Shown here: piece after piece, positions 44,932-59,208 of the stretch
Layout: every line of letters begins with the position of its first letter
Numbering within the stretch: the first letter of the stretch is position 1
Origin: Eledone cirrhosa
Taxonomy: Eukaryota
Direction of reading: 5' to 3'
Length of the DNA: 64,000 nucleotides
Assembly (NCBI GenBank): GCA_964016885.1
Contig: OZ024743.1
Location: 123,752,001 to 123,816,000, forward strand
Notes under the pieces: model-generated
The model's input: only the letters and a program-made list of their open reading frames with translations
Told to the model about the DNA's origin: nothing
The model's database searches: none
Position numbers and translations under genes: made by a program

Positions 44932-44970
44932 AGTTTTAAATAAACCTGAATCAACTGAATATGGCCTCCG

Positions 44971-45050
<80 letters not shown>

Positions 45051-45367
45051 AACAGATTAAAGTTTAAGCAAAGAATCGAGCCCTCTTCGGATTTTAGTCT
45101 TCACGGTTTTTATTACTATGTGTGTGTGTGTGTGCGCGCGTGCACGCGCATGTCTGTGTGTGCGTGTGTGTATATGTGTTTTTCAAAATTTGAATAAGAC
45201 CAACGATTAATATTATTATTATTTATTCATACACCGACGGTCGTTTCCACTCGACTAGAATATTTCATCAATTGTGGGGAAAAAAACCCCAGATATTATA
45301 AATTAAGTAACTCCGTTATAGCTGCTTTACTCTAAGCCGTATAAATGCTCTGCTACTATAACTAGTC

Positions 45368-45465
45368 GCTCCTGAAGAACGTAGGCTAAAAGTGTGCATT
45401 GAGCTTAACTCATCTTACCAATGAAAATAGAGAACTATTATACTATAACGAAACGATCGTATGGA
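45368..45465 (+). ncRNA. Candidate hammerhead motif, degenerate
   Basis: CTGAAGA (45372)…GAAA-CGATCG-TA with palindromic stem III; stems I and II weak. Confidence 0.45.
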
Positions 45466-45661
45466 AGGAAAGAGAGATTTATTTAATTTGTCTCATATAA
45501 AATAATACAACCAACTTTCCACGGAATACTATATAGTTAGCACTCCAAACACTTAATTTGGATTATACTTAGGTATATCCTAATGTTTGTTGAGTGAGAT
45601 GGAGTTGGTCAGAGTATCGCTTAAAGCTTTCTCTGTTAATGTATTAAATATATATATATAT

Positions 45662-45739
<78 letters not shown>

Positions 45740-45760
45740 ATATATATATATATATATACA

Positions 45761-46520
<760 letters not shown>

Positions 46521-46580
46521 CGTTACTATTGATTAATTACCAAAATGAGCGCTAATTATAAGTAACACATTTATACACAC

Positions 46581-46645
<65 letters not shown>

Positions 46646-46788
46646 AACACATATACACATATATAGATATACACATATACACATATATAAATATACACAT
46701 AAAAATATATGTATATATACACACATATATATATTTATATATATATTTATATATATATATATACATACATACACAGACACATACATGA

Positions 46789-46915
46789 AGGCGTGTAGCT
46801 GAATGGTTAGAGAATTGGATTCACAATGTTGAGGATGTTGAGGTTGTGAGTTCGATTCCTGGACCAGGCGATGCGTTATGTCCTTGAGCAAGACACTTTA
46901 TTTCACGTTGCTCCT
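46789..46915 (+). mobile_element. tRNA-derived CORE-type SINE
   Basis: TAGCTGAATGG A-box, GAGTTCGATTCC B-box, GTCCTTGAGCAAGACACTTTA. Confidence 0.75.
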
Positions 46916-47129
46916 TCTACCTGGAGTTGCGACCGATAGATAGTACTAGCAACTGGAAAGACCAACGGAAACATTGTTTCCTCGGTCCGATTTGACGAAA
47001 GTCGATCGATCCATATATATATATATATATATAGTAATAATAATAAATTTGAAGACTAAAATCCAAAGAGGGCTCGTTAAGGATAAATATATATTAAATA
47101 TATAAGAACCGTAGAGCAAATATTTATTA

Positions 47130-47550
47130 AAATAACAGATTAAAGTTTAAGCAAAGAATTGCTGCTTTCACCCTTAACGGGATCTTCTGAAACTAACAAA
47201 GTCAATCTGTGAACGCAGAAGTGAAAATTTCAAAAAACGTTGCAACCGGAGGAAGACAGGAAGACGATACTTTGGTTCGTGGAAACTTTCGTGCAAAGAA
47301 CGGGAAAAAACGAATATAATACGTCATTATTTGGAGCGGTGAAAAACAATTACACGCAAAGACAAAACCATTTTTATGGTATAAAAGAAGTCGTAGACTA
47401 ATATTCTATTAGGTGGTTCATAGAGACGTTCTCTTGCAATGAACGGAGAAAACGATAATACGTCATATGTGGAGCGTGGAGAACATTTGCACGCAAAGAT
47501 AAAACCACGTAAATGGTATAACTGAAGTCGTAGACTAAAATTCTAACTAG
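47130..47550. repeat. Unclassified interspersed repeat (also at 39043-39100, 45048-45110, 51415-51710) with an internal duplication of about 140 bp
   Basis: Shared start AACAGATTAAAGTTTAAG next to microsatellites. Confidence 0.65.
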
Positions 47551-48490
47551 GAAACCGAATGATACTCGGCTTCAGAGTTAAGAATAAAGTAAACAAAATA
47601 CAGGGGTACATGGAATAAATAAATACATACACGCATCCATATACGTACATACACAAGCATACGCGAAAAACTCGCCATAGGTATACAAATACACGCACAT
47701 ATAAATATGTGTGTGTGTATGCGCGCGTGTATACAAATAATTAAATAAACGTATATAAATAAATAAATACGTATATAACAAGCGCACACACATACCTACA
47801 TGTAAATACACATATGTTCGGAGACGTACGTCAACCAAAGCACGAAGTACACATATACACAGACCCTACATACGTACGAACCCGCATAATCACACAGACG
47901 CAAAACTCACGTATACACATAACCGAAAGCATATGTACCAGAATATATAAAAAAATATACACCATAACATATACAATCAAATATACGTACGAGAAAGTAT
48001 ACGTAACTTCACAAAATATACAGGTAATATATACTTACCTATACAAATAAGTAATGGTATAAACATAACATATACTTAGCTACCACATCAAGACGTAAAA
48101 TATCCGCGTATAGATCGTACTATCCGTTAGGGTATAATGTGGAGCTGTAATACAGGAAAGTTTTGTGCAATTTATGTTTACAAGCCGAAATTGCCTCAGA
48201 TTTTTTGTCTAAGATGTGGTCTGTGGCGTAGAGTATTTCGTAACTCTTTGTGCACCATTCATCTAACTGTAGACGAACAAATACCAAGTAAACGGAGCGT
48301 TGACAAGAACGATGGCAAATGAATCTTCGAGGTAAGCAATTTCCTCCCGAGCTGTTAGTTCACGCGGGATTCTCTGCTACACCTTTTCGTAATAATACCG
48401 AACAGCGTACTGGTGGTCACTCCTTCCTCCAAAAGCCGTACAAAGCATCTCTCTCTGTCTCTCTCTTTCTTTATATATATATATGTATAT

Positions 48491-48614
<124 letters not shown>

Positions 48615-48705
48615 CGAAGGAAATGTGGTAAGGAACCAGGTGGACCATAACGCACCAAAGTACTCAATACTTAGGGTAGTAGAGTGGGTAATAGGAACAA
48701 GTAAG

Positions 48706-48799
48706 ACCCCGACGGCTGAGCTCAAGCCGTTTCGACGGCTAATTCTGTACTGAATGAAAATTTATTCTGGTATTTAAATAGCCGAACTTATCAAGGGGT
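48706..48799 (-). ncRNA. Type I hammerhead, U3-A8 core variant
   Basis: ACCCC-TTGATAA-GTTCGGCTA…TAGCCGTC-GAAA-CGGCT-TGAGCTC-AGCCG-TC-GGGGT. Confidence 0.78.
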
Positions 48800-49211
48800 A
48801 ATTCCATATATGGTCAAAGAGATAATCACCAGGATTGGTCACATCACAAGTTAGTAGTAAATCTGTGATGGCAAGTTTGTGGGGGAAGGGGTAGCTAAAC
48901 CTGCCGGTAGGAGAAAAAGGGAGAGGGGGTGGAGTAGACCTATTCATGCGTTGGTAGTGCCAGCTACAGCTGGGTGTGAGGTCAAAGAGGATACTGGGGA
49001 GGGGGAGGGGGAGGAGGTCGAAACGGTAAGTAGAACAATGAAGGGTAAAACTATAAAAGGTACTGAGAGAGAAAAAAAAATAATAAATAAATAAATATAA
49101 GCAAAATCTGGTTACTAAGACTTAAGTCTCTCGCTATTGCTAGGCTAAAGAAATACATAAATAAATAAATAAACAAATAAGTGAATAAAAGAATAGATAA
49201 ATAAATTTTAA

Positions 49212-49257
<46 letters not shown>

Positions 49258-49284
49258 GTAGAATAAAAAAATAAATAATAAATT

Positions 49285-49935
49285 TTCTTTAGGCTCATTG
49301 AAAAACGCTTCCCACCACAACACCGCTACCACAACATAATTAACAAAAATACCATCAAACTCTCTTACAGCACTACACCTAACTTCGCACAAAACATCGT
49401 CTCCTCCAACAACAAAAAACTCAACCCCGATGGAAGAAACAACCTAAATAGCAGTGGAGTGCCGACCAGGAGGTGCAACTGTCCTGATAGATCCAGTTTC
49501 CCCCTCGACAACAGATGCAGAGATCGTAATGTGATCTACCAGTGCAACGTGAGCACGGACACCTCCAACAAAGCTTATATAGGATTAACCGCATGCGACT
49601 TCAAGACCCGACTATACCAACACAGACATACCTTCCGAAACCCGGCCCGGCGTCACGCCACTACACTTTCGGGTCACATATGGGACCTCAAGGACAACAA
49701 CATCAACTATGATCTCACTTGGAAATTACTGTCCAGAGCCAACTCTTACACGGGAGGACGCCGTCCGTGCAATTTATGCTCGGAGGAAACATTACAAATG
49801 CTGTTTTCGACGGACCAACTCCTAAACAAGAAAGATGAACTGGTTACTGCATGTAAACACCGATTATGTAGGACTTACCTCGCCCTCAAACCCCATAATG
49901 ACCCGGGGGGGGGGGGGGGTAGACTATGGCTATAA
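49285..49935 (+). pseudogene. 5'-truncated PLE ORF: linker plus GIY-YIG endonuclease (CxC-containing, Hydra-clade-like)
   Basis: Open frame KRFPPQH…NTIKLSYS…CNC…PL…C…NVIYQC…YIGLT…FKTR…LSGHIW…CNLC. Confidence 0.82.
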
Positions 49936-50696
49936 CACCCCACTTGCCTATTTTGTAATGGGTAACCCCTGCTTGCCAATGGAGACGTAAGATCTTCTTT
50001 TACATTCTTTTATCGCTTCCTCTATATTTCCTCCTTCCCCCATCCCTCCCTAGTCCTTCTACCCCAGTTCCTTTTCTTTGTCGTCGTCTTTTTCTCGCCC
50101 ACCCGAGGTAGCCCATCGGTCCCTTGTAGCTTCAGCACCCCCACCCCCTCCTCTATTCTATGATAGATTTGGCTGACTCCGCTTTTTATAGCAGAGGTGT
50201 GAGACTTCGGATACTCGCCCCCTTCTCCGACCGCTGTCCCTTTTTTCCGTGCCTTCTATATTTCTTAGTGGCATCTTTGCTTTAATTTCTCGTTTATCCA
50301 GTATTTCTTTCTTCTTTTTCCTTTTTTTTTTGGGGGGGGGGGGGGGGTGTTCCTGTATTAATTTTCCGTTCTTTACTTTTACTTCGTACGATCTTTCATG
50401 TAGCTTGTTTAAGACTTTTTGTTTCGTGGCGGTACCCTTAGAATTAGCACTAGTATTTTTTGCGGGACCCTGAATTATATTCTCGTACTAGTTTACTTTC
50501 TTGCACTGGGTGGTTGCTGGCCCTGTGATTGGGGTAGAAACCTTTATTATTTCGTGGTAGTTTCTTTAGTATTCTGCCCCCCCCCCCCTTTGTTGACCCG
50601 TCACCGTACGATACACGCACTTATACCTCGTATAAGAGTCCCTTTATTTCCGTCCCACCTAGTTTATTTCTATTATTATTTATTTTTTTATTCTAC

Positions 50697-50758
<62 letters not shown>

Positions 50759-51171
50759 TTATTTATCTATTCTTTTATTCACTTATTTGTTTATTTATTT
50801 ATTTATGTATTTCTTTAGCCTAGCAATAACGAGAGACTTAAGTCTTAGTAACCAGATTTTGCTTATTTTTTTTTTTTTTTTTTTTTTCTCTCTCAGTACC
50901 TTTTATAGATTTACCCTTCATTGTTCTACTTACCGTTTCGACCTCCTCCCCCTCCCCCTCCCCAGTATCCTCTTTGACCTCACACCCAGCTGTAGCTGGC
51001 ACTGCCAACGCATGAATGGGTCTACTCCACCCCCTCTCCCTTTTTCTCCTACCGGCAGGTTTAGCTACCCCTTTAGCTACCCCTTCCCCCACAAACTTGC
51101 CATCACAGATTTACTACTAACTTGTGATGTGACCAATCCTGGTGATTATCTCTTTGACCATATATGGAATT

Positions 51172-51265
51172 ACCCCTTGATAAGTTCGGCTATTTAAAAA
51201 CCAGAATAAATGTTCATTCAGTACAGAATTAGCCGTCGAAACGGCTTGAGCTCAGCGGTCGGGGT
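51172..51265 (+). ncRNA. Second copy of the U3-A8 hammerhead (one mismatch in stem III)
   Basis: TTGATAA at 51177-51183, GAAA at 51238, GTC at 51258-51260. Confidence 0.72.
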
Positions 51266-51277
51266 CTTACTTGTTCC

Positions 51278-51415
<138 letters not shown>

Positions 51416-51759
51416 AAGAACAGATTAAAGTTTAAGCAAAGAATCGCTGTTTTCAACATTAACGGGATGTTCTGAAACTAAAAAATTTAATCTGTGAACG
51501 CAGAAGTAAATATTTCGAGAAACGTTGCAACCGAAGAAAACAGGAAGACGATATTTTGGTTCGTGAAGACGTTCCCTGGTAATGATCAGAAAAAAAGCGA
51601 GGATAATACGTCGTTATGTGTACTGAGAAGAACAATTTCATGCAAAGACAAGACCAAGTTTATGGTATAAATGGAGTCGTTAGACTAATATTCTATTTAA
51701 AATAACAGATTGATTTCCAGCCCCGGAATTTAAGAATGATGTAAATAAAATTGAAAACG

Positions 51760-52266
51760 AAAATGACAGAGGTTATTAAAATAGTAAAAGTAAATAGTGA
51801 AGATTTAGGCCAGTACATACGTATGCCCCGACGGACATACACATACATACGCACACATAAATACATACACACACGCGCGCGCGCGCGTATGTATAAACCT
51901 TATGCATTTCTACAGTATTTTCACCAAACTTAAGACATAGGTTACTTATGTACTCCGGATGATCATGGGCACTTTCATTTTTCCAGATATTGATTATAGG
52001 GCCTCCCGGCAGATAACCCCTTTTAACCACTTCCTTGGAGTCGACTGAAGCACTGCAGTGCGATGCAACAAAACGTCATAACTTCTGGAGTTCTCAACCG
52101 ATTTTCACAAAACTTGACACATGGGCTAAGTTTGTCCTACAGATGAATGTGAACCCTCAGAATTGGCACATATTGAGTAGGGAATCCCTGGTGACAGGAA
52201 CCCCCTTTTGGAAAAAGCCGATGATTTTGCTATTTAATACCCGAGCAACGCCGGGTACCTCTGCTA

Positions 52267-52267
<1 letters not shown>
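51760..52267 (+). mobile_element. Non-autonomous Helitron (3' end clear, 5' end uncertain)
   Basis: CCCGAGCAACGCCGGG hairpin, then TACCTCTG-CTAG|T; internal CCGATTTTCACAAAACTTG. Confidence 0.65.
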
Positions 52268-52306
<39 letters not shown>

Positions 52307-52309
<3 letters not shown>

Positions 52310-52478
52310 GAGCTACAGGTTACATACCAACCCGCCTCAACCGAAGTATAACCGAGCTTGAATTTGTGGAGAAAGAACGTCCCTCTTTTATCCATAAAAT
52401 ACGAATGTCGCGATACACGGAACCTTCAAAATTTGTAAAACAATCTTACAAAATAAACTCAAAATTAATAGAGAGTAC
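52307..52478 (+). mobile_element. Short 3' fragment of the (CATA)n-associated REL family
   Basis: IGATGYIPTRL…GTFKICKTIL then (CATA)n; a second tail-only copy lies at 52632-52700. Confidence 0.72.
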
Positions 52479-52843
52479 TTACATACATACACACACATAT
52501 ACACACGCACGCACACATACATACATCCATCCATCCATAGATACATGCATGCATGCATGCATACATACATGCATACACACAATCGCACACACACACACAT
52601 ACACACATACATACATGCATACATACATACATTACAACCTTGCCACCAGGAAGGTGCCCGGTCAAAAAAAATATACTCGAAATTAAGAGAAAGAGATAAC
52701 ATACATACATACATAAATACATACATACATACATGATGGCTGCCCCCTCGTTATCGAGTATGGCCAATGCACAAGAAAAAAAAATAATAAAAATAAATAA
52801 ATAAAAAATAAAATAAAATAAAGTAAAATAAAATAAAATAAAA

Positions 52844-52880
<37 letters not shown>

Positions 52881-53650
52881 TTGAGAAGAGGAGACCTCAA
52901 AAAGGCTACAGAAGGAATGCTAATGGCTGCGCAGGAGCAGGCCCTCAAAACGAAGTGGTTGAAGCACCATATCTACAAGGAGGAGGCTAGCCCACTGTGC
53001 AGGATCTGTGGAGAGAGAGAGGAGACTGTGGCTCACATTGTGTCCGAGTGTAAACACCTAGCCCAGACCCACTATAAGGGCTGGAGACACGATGTGATGG
53101 GCAGGGTGATCCACTGGCACCTGTGCAAAGTAAACAATCTACCACATTCTGAGAAATGGTATGAGCATAGGCCAGAGGCGGTGATGGAGAACAGTCAGGT
53201 GAAGGTGCTGTGGGATTTTAGGATACAGACGGACAAAAAACTGGAACACAATAGACCTGACCTGGTGGTTGTGGACAAAGAAAAAAGATCGTGCCTGATT
53301 GTGGATGTGGCCTGCCCGTTCGACACGAGAGTGCAAGAGAAGGAGAGGGAGAAAATTAACCGATACCAGGACCTAAAGTGGGAGGTGAAAAGGATTTGGA
53401 ACTGCCATGAAGTCAAAGTGATCCCGATTGTCATAGGCGCACTGGGGACTATCTCCAAAGGTTTCCAGGGATGGTTAAAGAAAATCGGCCCCTTCACGCT
53501 TTTTGGAACGCTTCAAAAGGCATGCTTGCTTGGAACAGCAAGAACCCTCCGATACGTCCTGAATATCTGAGGCTGCAGGTAGTGGCTTGATATTCAATCC
53601 AACGGACTTTCCAGTTAACCAACATCAATGACTGAGATTCAAGGAATAAC
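52881..53650 (+). mobile_element. R4/Dong-clade REL non-LTR 3' fragment inside (TAA)n
   Basis: Open 229-aa frame CRICG…ETVAHIVSEC…RHD…RPDLVV…DVACP…KINRY…IPIVIGALG; (TAA)n on both sides. Confidence 0.9.
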
Positions 53651-53656
53651 AATAAC

Positions 53657-53770
<114 letters not shown>

Positions 53771-53838
53771 CATACATATATACATACACACATACATACA
53801 CATACACTCACACATATATACACACATACATTAATAAC

Positions 53839-53872
<34 letters not shown>

Positions 53873-53951
53873 GCAATAATAATAATAACGACAACAACAA
53901 TAATAATATACATATTCATATATATATACACACACACGCACGCACATAAGC

Positions 53952-54019
<68 letters not shown>

Positions 54020-57000
54020 TAGCAACTAACAGTGCTACGATCGAATGTGGCTTTTTAGCCCAGCCAATGATCTAAAATGTCTTGCACAGAGTCGGCAACC
54101 AAAACATTCACTGGGAATAGTCGGCTGTGGTTGGAGTTCGTGTACTTTTGCATGTCGCTTGAGCCCTCCTGCTGATTTACATTCTCTACCACATGTTTGG
54201 CAAGCATGATGGGTAGCATCTACAACAGCAGCCTGGTAGTCAACCACTGGTCTTACTTTATGACTGCGAAGATGACTTTCGAGTCCAGCTTTGCTTAGGC
54301 AGAGTCTCGCACAGACGCTGCATGTCAGAACCATAGGAGGACCCTCGCCGTCTGGAAGTGCAACAGCAATGCCCTTCCTCACGTCCCGCTTTACTTTCTC
54401 GTGTGCGATTCGAGATGCCTCAAAGGCAACTTTTCCCTCATATACAGTCTTTCTCCATTTATTACGAGCAGCAGCAATATTTTCCCATGTATCAGCAGAG
54501 ATGTTAGCGTCTTTCAGAGAGGCTTTCAAGGAATCCTTATACCTCTTTTTTGGTTTATGTGGCGGTCGTTTTCCTTTAACCAACTCTCCATAGAAGAGTT
54601 GTTTTGGTATTCTAGAATCCTTCATCCTGGCAAGGTGACCACTCCAACGGAGTCGTTGCTTAAGCACAAGAGCTTCTATACTGTCACACATAGAGCTTTC
54701 CAAAATCTCGACATCACTGATGTGGTCCCTCCAGTGAACGCCATGGATCCGTCTGAGACACATCTGATGGAAACGCTCCAATTGCTTAAGGTGGCGTCGA
54801 TATGTGACCCAGGTCTCGCAGGCATAAAGAAGACAAGAGAGTACACATGCCCTGTACACCTTTACCTTTGTCCTCCTGCATATGTCTCGCCGACCCCAGA
54901 GTCGCCTTTCTAGCTTTCCGAAAGCATCACTTGCTTTCCTAATCCTAAGTGAGATTTCACCGTCAAGGTTGCCGTATCGATTGACAGTGCTTCCCAGGTA
55001 GATAAACTGATCAACCACTCCAAGTCGTTTGCCATACACATAGATGTTTGGTTCAGTGTACTGCTTACTAGGGGCAGGTTGGTACATGACGACGGTTTTC
55101 TTGAGACTGACAGTCAAACCCAGGGCAGTGCAAGCGTCAGAAAATACATTCAAAATGTGCTGCATATCACTCTCTGTGTGCGCTACAAGATCGCAATCAT
55201 CTGCATACAAGAAGTCTCTTATGACTGATGTAAATACTTTTGTCTTCGCAGCAAAGCGCCTGATGTTAAATATGCTGCCTGAAGTTCGATATCGGATGTA
55301 AACACCATGCTCGCAATTCCTGAATGCAATACAGAAAACCATTGCAAAGTATATGGCAAACAGGGTCGGTGCTGGAATATCCCCCTGTTTCACTCCATTT
55401 TTTACTGAGATAGGCTCCGACATGTTACCTCCGACATTAACCCAAGCCTTCATGTCGTCATGGAAAGACCTAACTAAAGCAAGGAACTTATCAGGGCAAC
55501 CAAGTTTCTGGAGAACCTTCCATAATGCATCTCTGTTGACAGTATCGAAAGCCTTTGTCAGATCGACAAAAACCTGATACAGATCCAAGCCCTGTTCAAT
55601 GCACTTCTCCTGGAGCTGTCTAGCTGAGAAGATCATATCAGTAAGCCGCGTCCAACACGAAAACCAGATTGACTTTCAGGAAGAACACAATCTGCAATGT
55701 GTGTCAGCAGACGGTCCAGAAGCACCCTACATAACACTTTCCCTACGACAGAAAGCAATGATATACCTCTGTAGTTCCCACAATCACTCATGTTACCCTT
55801 TCCCTTGTACAAGACCACCATTACTGCATCTCTCCAGTCCTCAGGCACGGATTCATTAGCCCATATCCTTCCAAACAGAGAGTGAAGATGTTGCAGGAGT
55901 CTCTCACCACCATATTGTAGGAGCTCAGCATGTATGCCATCCATACCTGGAGATCTTCCACTGTTCAGCTTCGAAATAGCCACTGCAACCTCCACAAGCG
56001 TCGGAGGTTCTGCGAGAGCTACTTTCACAGGACTTTCCGGAATGAGATTGAGGAAATCTTCACTGACGACAGACGGCTGATTCAAAAGATCATCAAAGTG
56101 CTCTCGCCACCTTCGTAGAATTCCCTGTGAGCCACGAAGAAGTTCTTTGCCATCCTTGCTGCGAATCGGTGTCACCAGAGAAGAAGATGGTCCATAAACC
56201 TCACGCAAGAGACTGTACAACAGCTTTGTGTTATTGCAATCAGACGCAGTTTGTATCTCACCAGCCTTCTCACTCCACCACTGATCCTTCATCTGAGAAA
56301 GACTCCGCCTAACACGTGATTTTACATCCCTGAGCTCCTCATGCAACGTATTCCTCTCCTGTGGTTTTGCCGTCAAGTAGCGTGACAGAGCACGCCTCTT
56401 ATCAGCCAACAAGTCTTCTATATGTACATCATTCTCATTAAACCAGTCCTGATGTTTTCTCTGCACCAATCCCAGAACACGTCTGCCTACATCATAAACC
56501 GACTTTTTAAGGGTCGGCCAATCCTCACCAAGATCTGCAGCCTGCATCTCTTCTTCCAATGTCCTCTTCACATTTTTATCCTTAAGACGAGCAGCATTCA
56601 ATCTTTTGGGCAGGGTAACACCAGGAGCCTGGATTTTACGTTTGGTGATTAGATTCACTCTTGCGCGTACCAGGCGGTGGTCCGTCCAGCACTCAGCTCC
56701 ACGAAGAACACGAACACACTGCACATCCTGTCTGTCACGCATCCTGACTAGGACGTAGTCCAAAAGATGCCATTCCTTAGATGCAGGATGCATCCATGTG
56801 GTCTTGAATTTGTTCTTTTGTTGGAACATGGTGTTGGTAACACACAGATCCAGCTCCTCACACATCTGCAGCAAGAGCATACCATTGCTGTTACACTTTC
56901 CCACCCCATGCCTTCCGATTACATTCCATGTGTTAAAATCCCTACCCACTCTAGCATTAAAGTCACCAAGCACGATGACTTTGTCTGCCTGAGGGATATT

Positions 57001-57575
57001 TCTTAGAACACCTTTCAAGGCATGGTAAAAGGACAGTTTTTCTTCATCGACAGAATTCATAGTTGGAGCATACACACTCACCAGGGTAGCATATCTTCCC
57101 TTGTCCAGCGGAACTCTCATGGACATAAGACGCTCACTAATCCCTACTGGGAATTCTTCTAATTTATTCACCAGTACAGTCTTAACAGCAAATCCTACCC
57201 CAGCCTCTCTTCTGGTTCCTTCATCTCTTCCTTTCCAGAAGAATGTATATTCTCCACAAAATTCCGTAAGATGACCATCTCCAGCTAACCTCGTCTCAGA
57301 TAAAGCCACGATGTCAAGATCGTAACGTCGAAGCTCCTTTGCAACAAGAGCGGTCCTTCGTTCAGGACGCTCCAAAGAATTCCTGTCAAGCAGCGTCCGT
57401 ACGTTCCAGCAGCCAAGACTAAATGCCATGTTTGGCTCTATTAGAATGGCACGATGACGGGCGGGCCCAGGTTGTGATAACTTGGGGCCCCTGCCCTTAT
57501 TGCCAATGATCTTTTTTGTTCCAGAACCCAAATTGGCAATTATCTCGTTTACATTGTTCTGGAACATCATTGAAT
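54020..57575 (-). mobile_element. Near-full-length RTE (BovB-like) LINE: APE, RT and three C2H2 fingers; one frameshift at about 55643
   Basis: WNVRTL, LSETR, GDFNAR, TDH; DLTKAFD, GVKQG, YADD; likely ATG at 57429. Confidence 0.93.
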
Positions 57576-57597
57576 TGGAAAAAAAAAAGTAATAATA

Positions 57598-57636
<39 letters not shown>

Positions 57637-57654
57637 GTACACTATTAATAATTA

Positions 57655-57935
57655 TTAATGCACTCGTGCAATGCCTGTGCGTGACGAATATTTTTAAAGT
57701 GAGGAAAGACTGTGCACTGAGCCAATCCCACTCTCTGAGCGACAGTAGCTACAACCCGAAAAGAAGAAAAGATCAACATCATCGGTAACTACTGAGCCGC
57801 AGGTTTTATATCGGAGTTAACCCAGTTTCCTGAGATGCCTTCTCCTAGAAGAATACCCTGACAAGGGCTAGGGGTTCTTCACTCCCAGTGGTTTAACTGC
57901 GCGATCGGGCATCCAACCCGATTATTTCTGTCCCC
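57655..57935 (+). mobile_element. RTE 5' UTR-like remnant
   Basis: CCAATCCCACTCTCTGAGC…AGCCGCAGGTTTT shared with 27640-27745 and 59430-59530. Confidence 0.55.
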
Positions 57936-58069
57936 GCGCAAAAAAAAAAAAAAAAAAATCACTTATTGACACTTATACGTACGACATACACACACACGCA
58001 TACATATGCGCGCACACAGCAACACTCATACATACAACAAACACACACACACGCTACTCTACTCACACG

Positions 58070-58106
<37 letters not shown>

Positions 58107-59005
58107 TACCGTCATTACTGATACAAGATTACAAGATTATGTCAACTGTTGACTTTCAAGAGTTTGTATAGTTGAAGCCGATCGTATTACCGTCCAGTAT
58201 TACTATAATTGCTTTACAGCATAGAGTTATGGCTCTCCACGGAGTCAACAAAAGAGAGTACCAGTGATGCGCTGGGCCAGTCGTTGGATCCGTGCCAAAA
58301 GCAGAAAAATTATTATTGTTTAATAATATATATTAGGGAGCTTATAGATAGGACAACACACGCTGTCTTTTCGTGGGGTAAGTTTTTAATTAATTTTTGT
58401 ATTCTGAAACATCAAAATACAACAATTTTTTGGTCACTGGACTCGGGAATGTCACGACAGAAGTTTGTGGAAGTTACACAAATATTTTAGTATATTTTAG
58501 CCGAGCAATCCTTATTTATATTTTACATTTACTTACATCTCAATATAACATGGCTAGAATTCAAATTTTGCTAAGAGAAGAAAACGGTCAAATGAACTAG
58601 ATACATCTCACTGTCCCCACCACCACAATAACGTCTACACCCTCTCCCCACCATCACATGTCATTACCATACCATACCCTATCGAGACTAAAGTCATCGA
58701 CCTGTTGTCAAACTCTCTACTCTCTGTTGAATGTATATATATATATGTGTGTGTGTATGTATATGTGTGTATATACATCACTCAGTCAAACAACCAGATT
58801 TCAACCCCAACATCTACAACAACAACAACACCGGCACTAATGTTTACAGCAACAACAGCTTCAGAATGAACTGAAATGAACATTTACAACAATTACAACA
58901 ACAACAACAGCGGCATCAAAACATAAAAAAAGGAAGGGAAAAGAACAAAGAAAAGGGGAAGGGGAAAAAAAAAAAGTAAGGAAAAAAAAAAAAACTCAAA
59001 AGAAC

Positions 59006-59044
<39 letters not shown>

Positions 59045-59208
59045 CACCATCAACTGCCACCACCACCACCACCGCCACCGCCGCCGCCATCACCATCACC
59101 AGCGACCTGGCCTTAAGAACAACATACATACATACATACATACATACATACATACATACATACATACATACATACATACATACATACATACATACATACA
59201 TACATACA

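Noticed and set aside
47155-47195. Hammerhead-like CAGAAGA-TCCC/GGG-T-GAAA on minus
   Set aside because: U4 is absent in all three copies and no stem I or III can be drawn
48137-48330. LTVDEQ/IPSK, resembling piggyBac transposase
   Set aside because: Too short and degenerate, with no termini found
57430-57642. Poly-Tyr N-terminal extension of the RTE ORF
   Set aside because: Read-through from flanking (TAA)n and UTR; the likely start is the ATG before the APE motif
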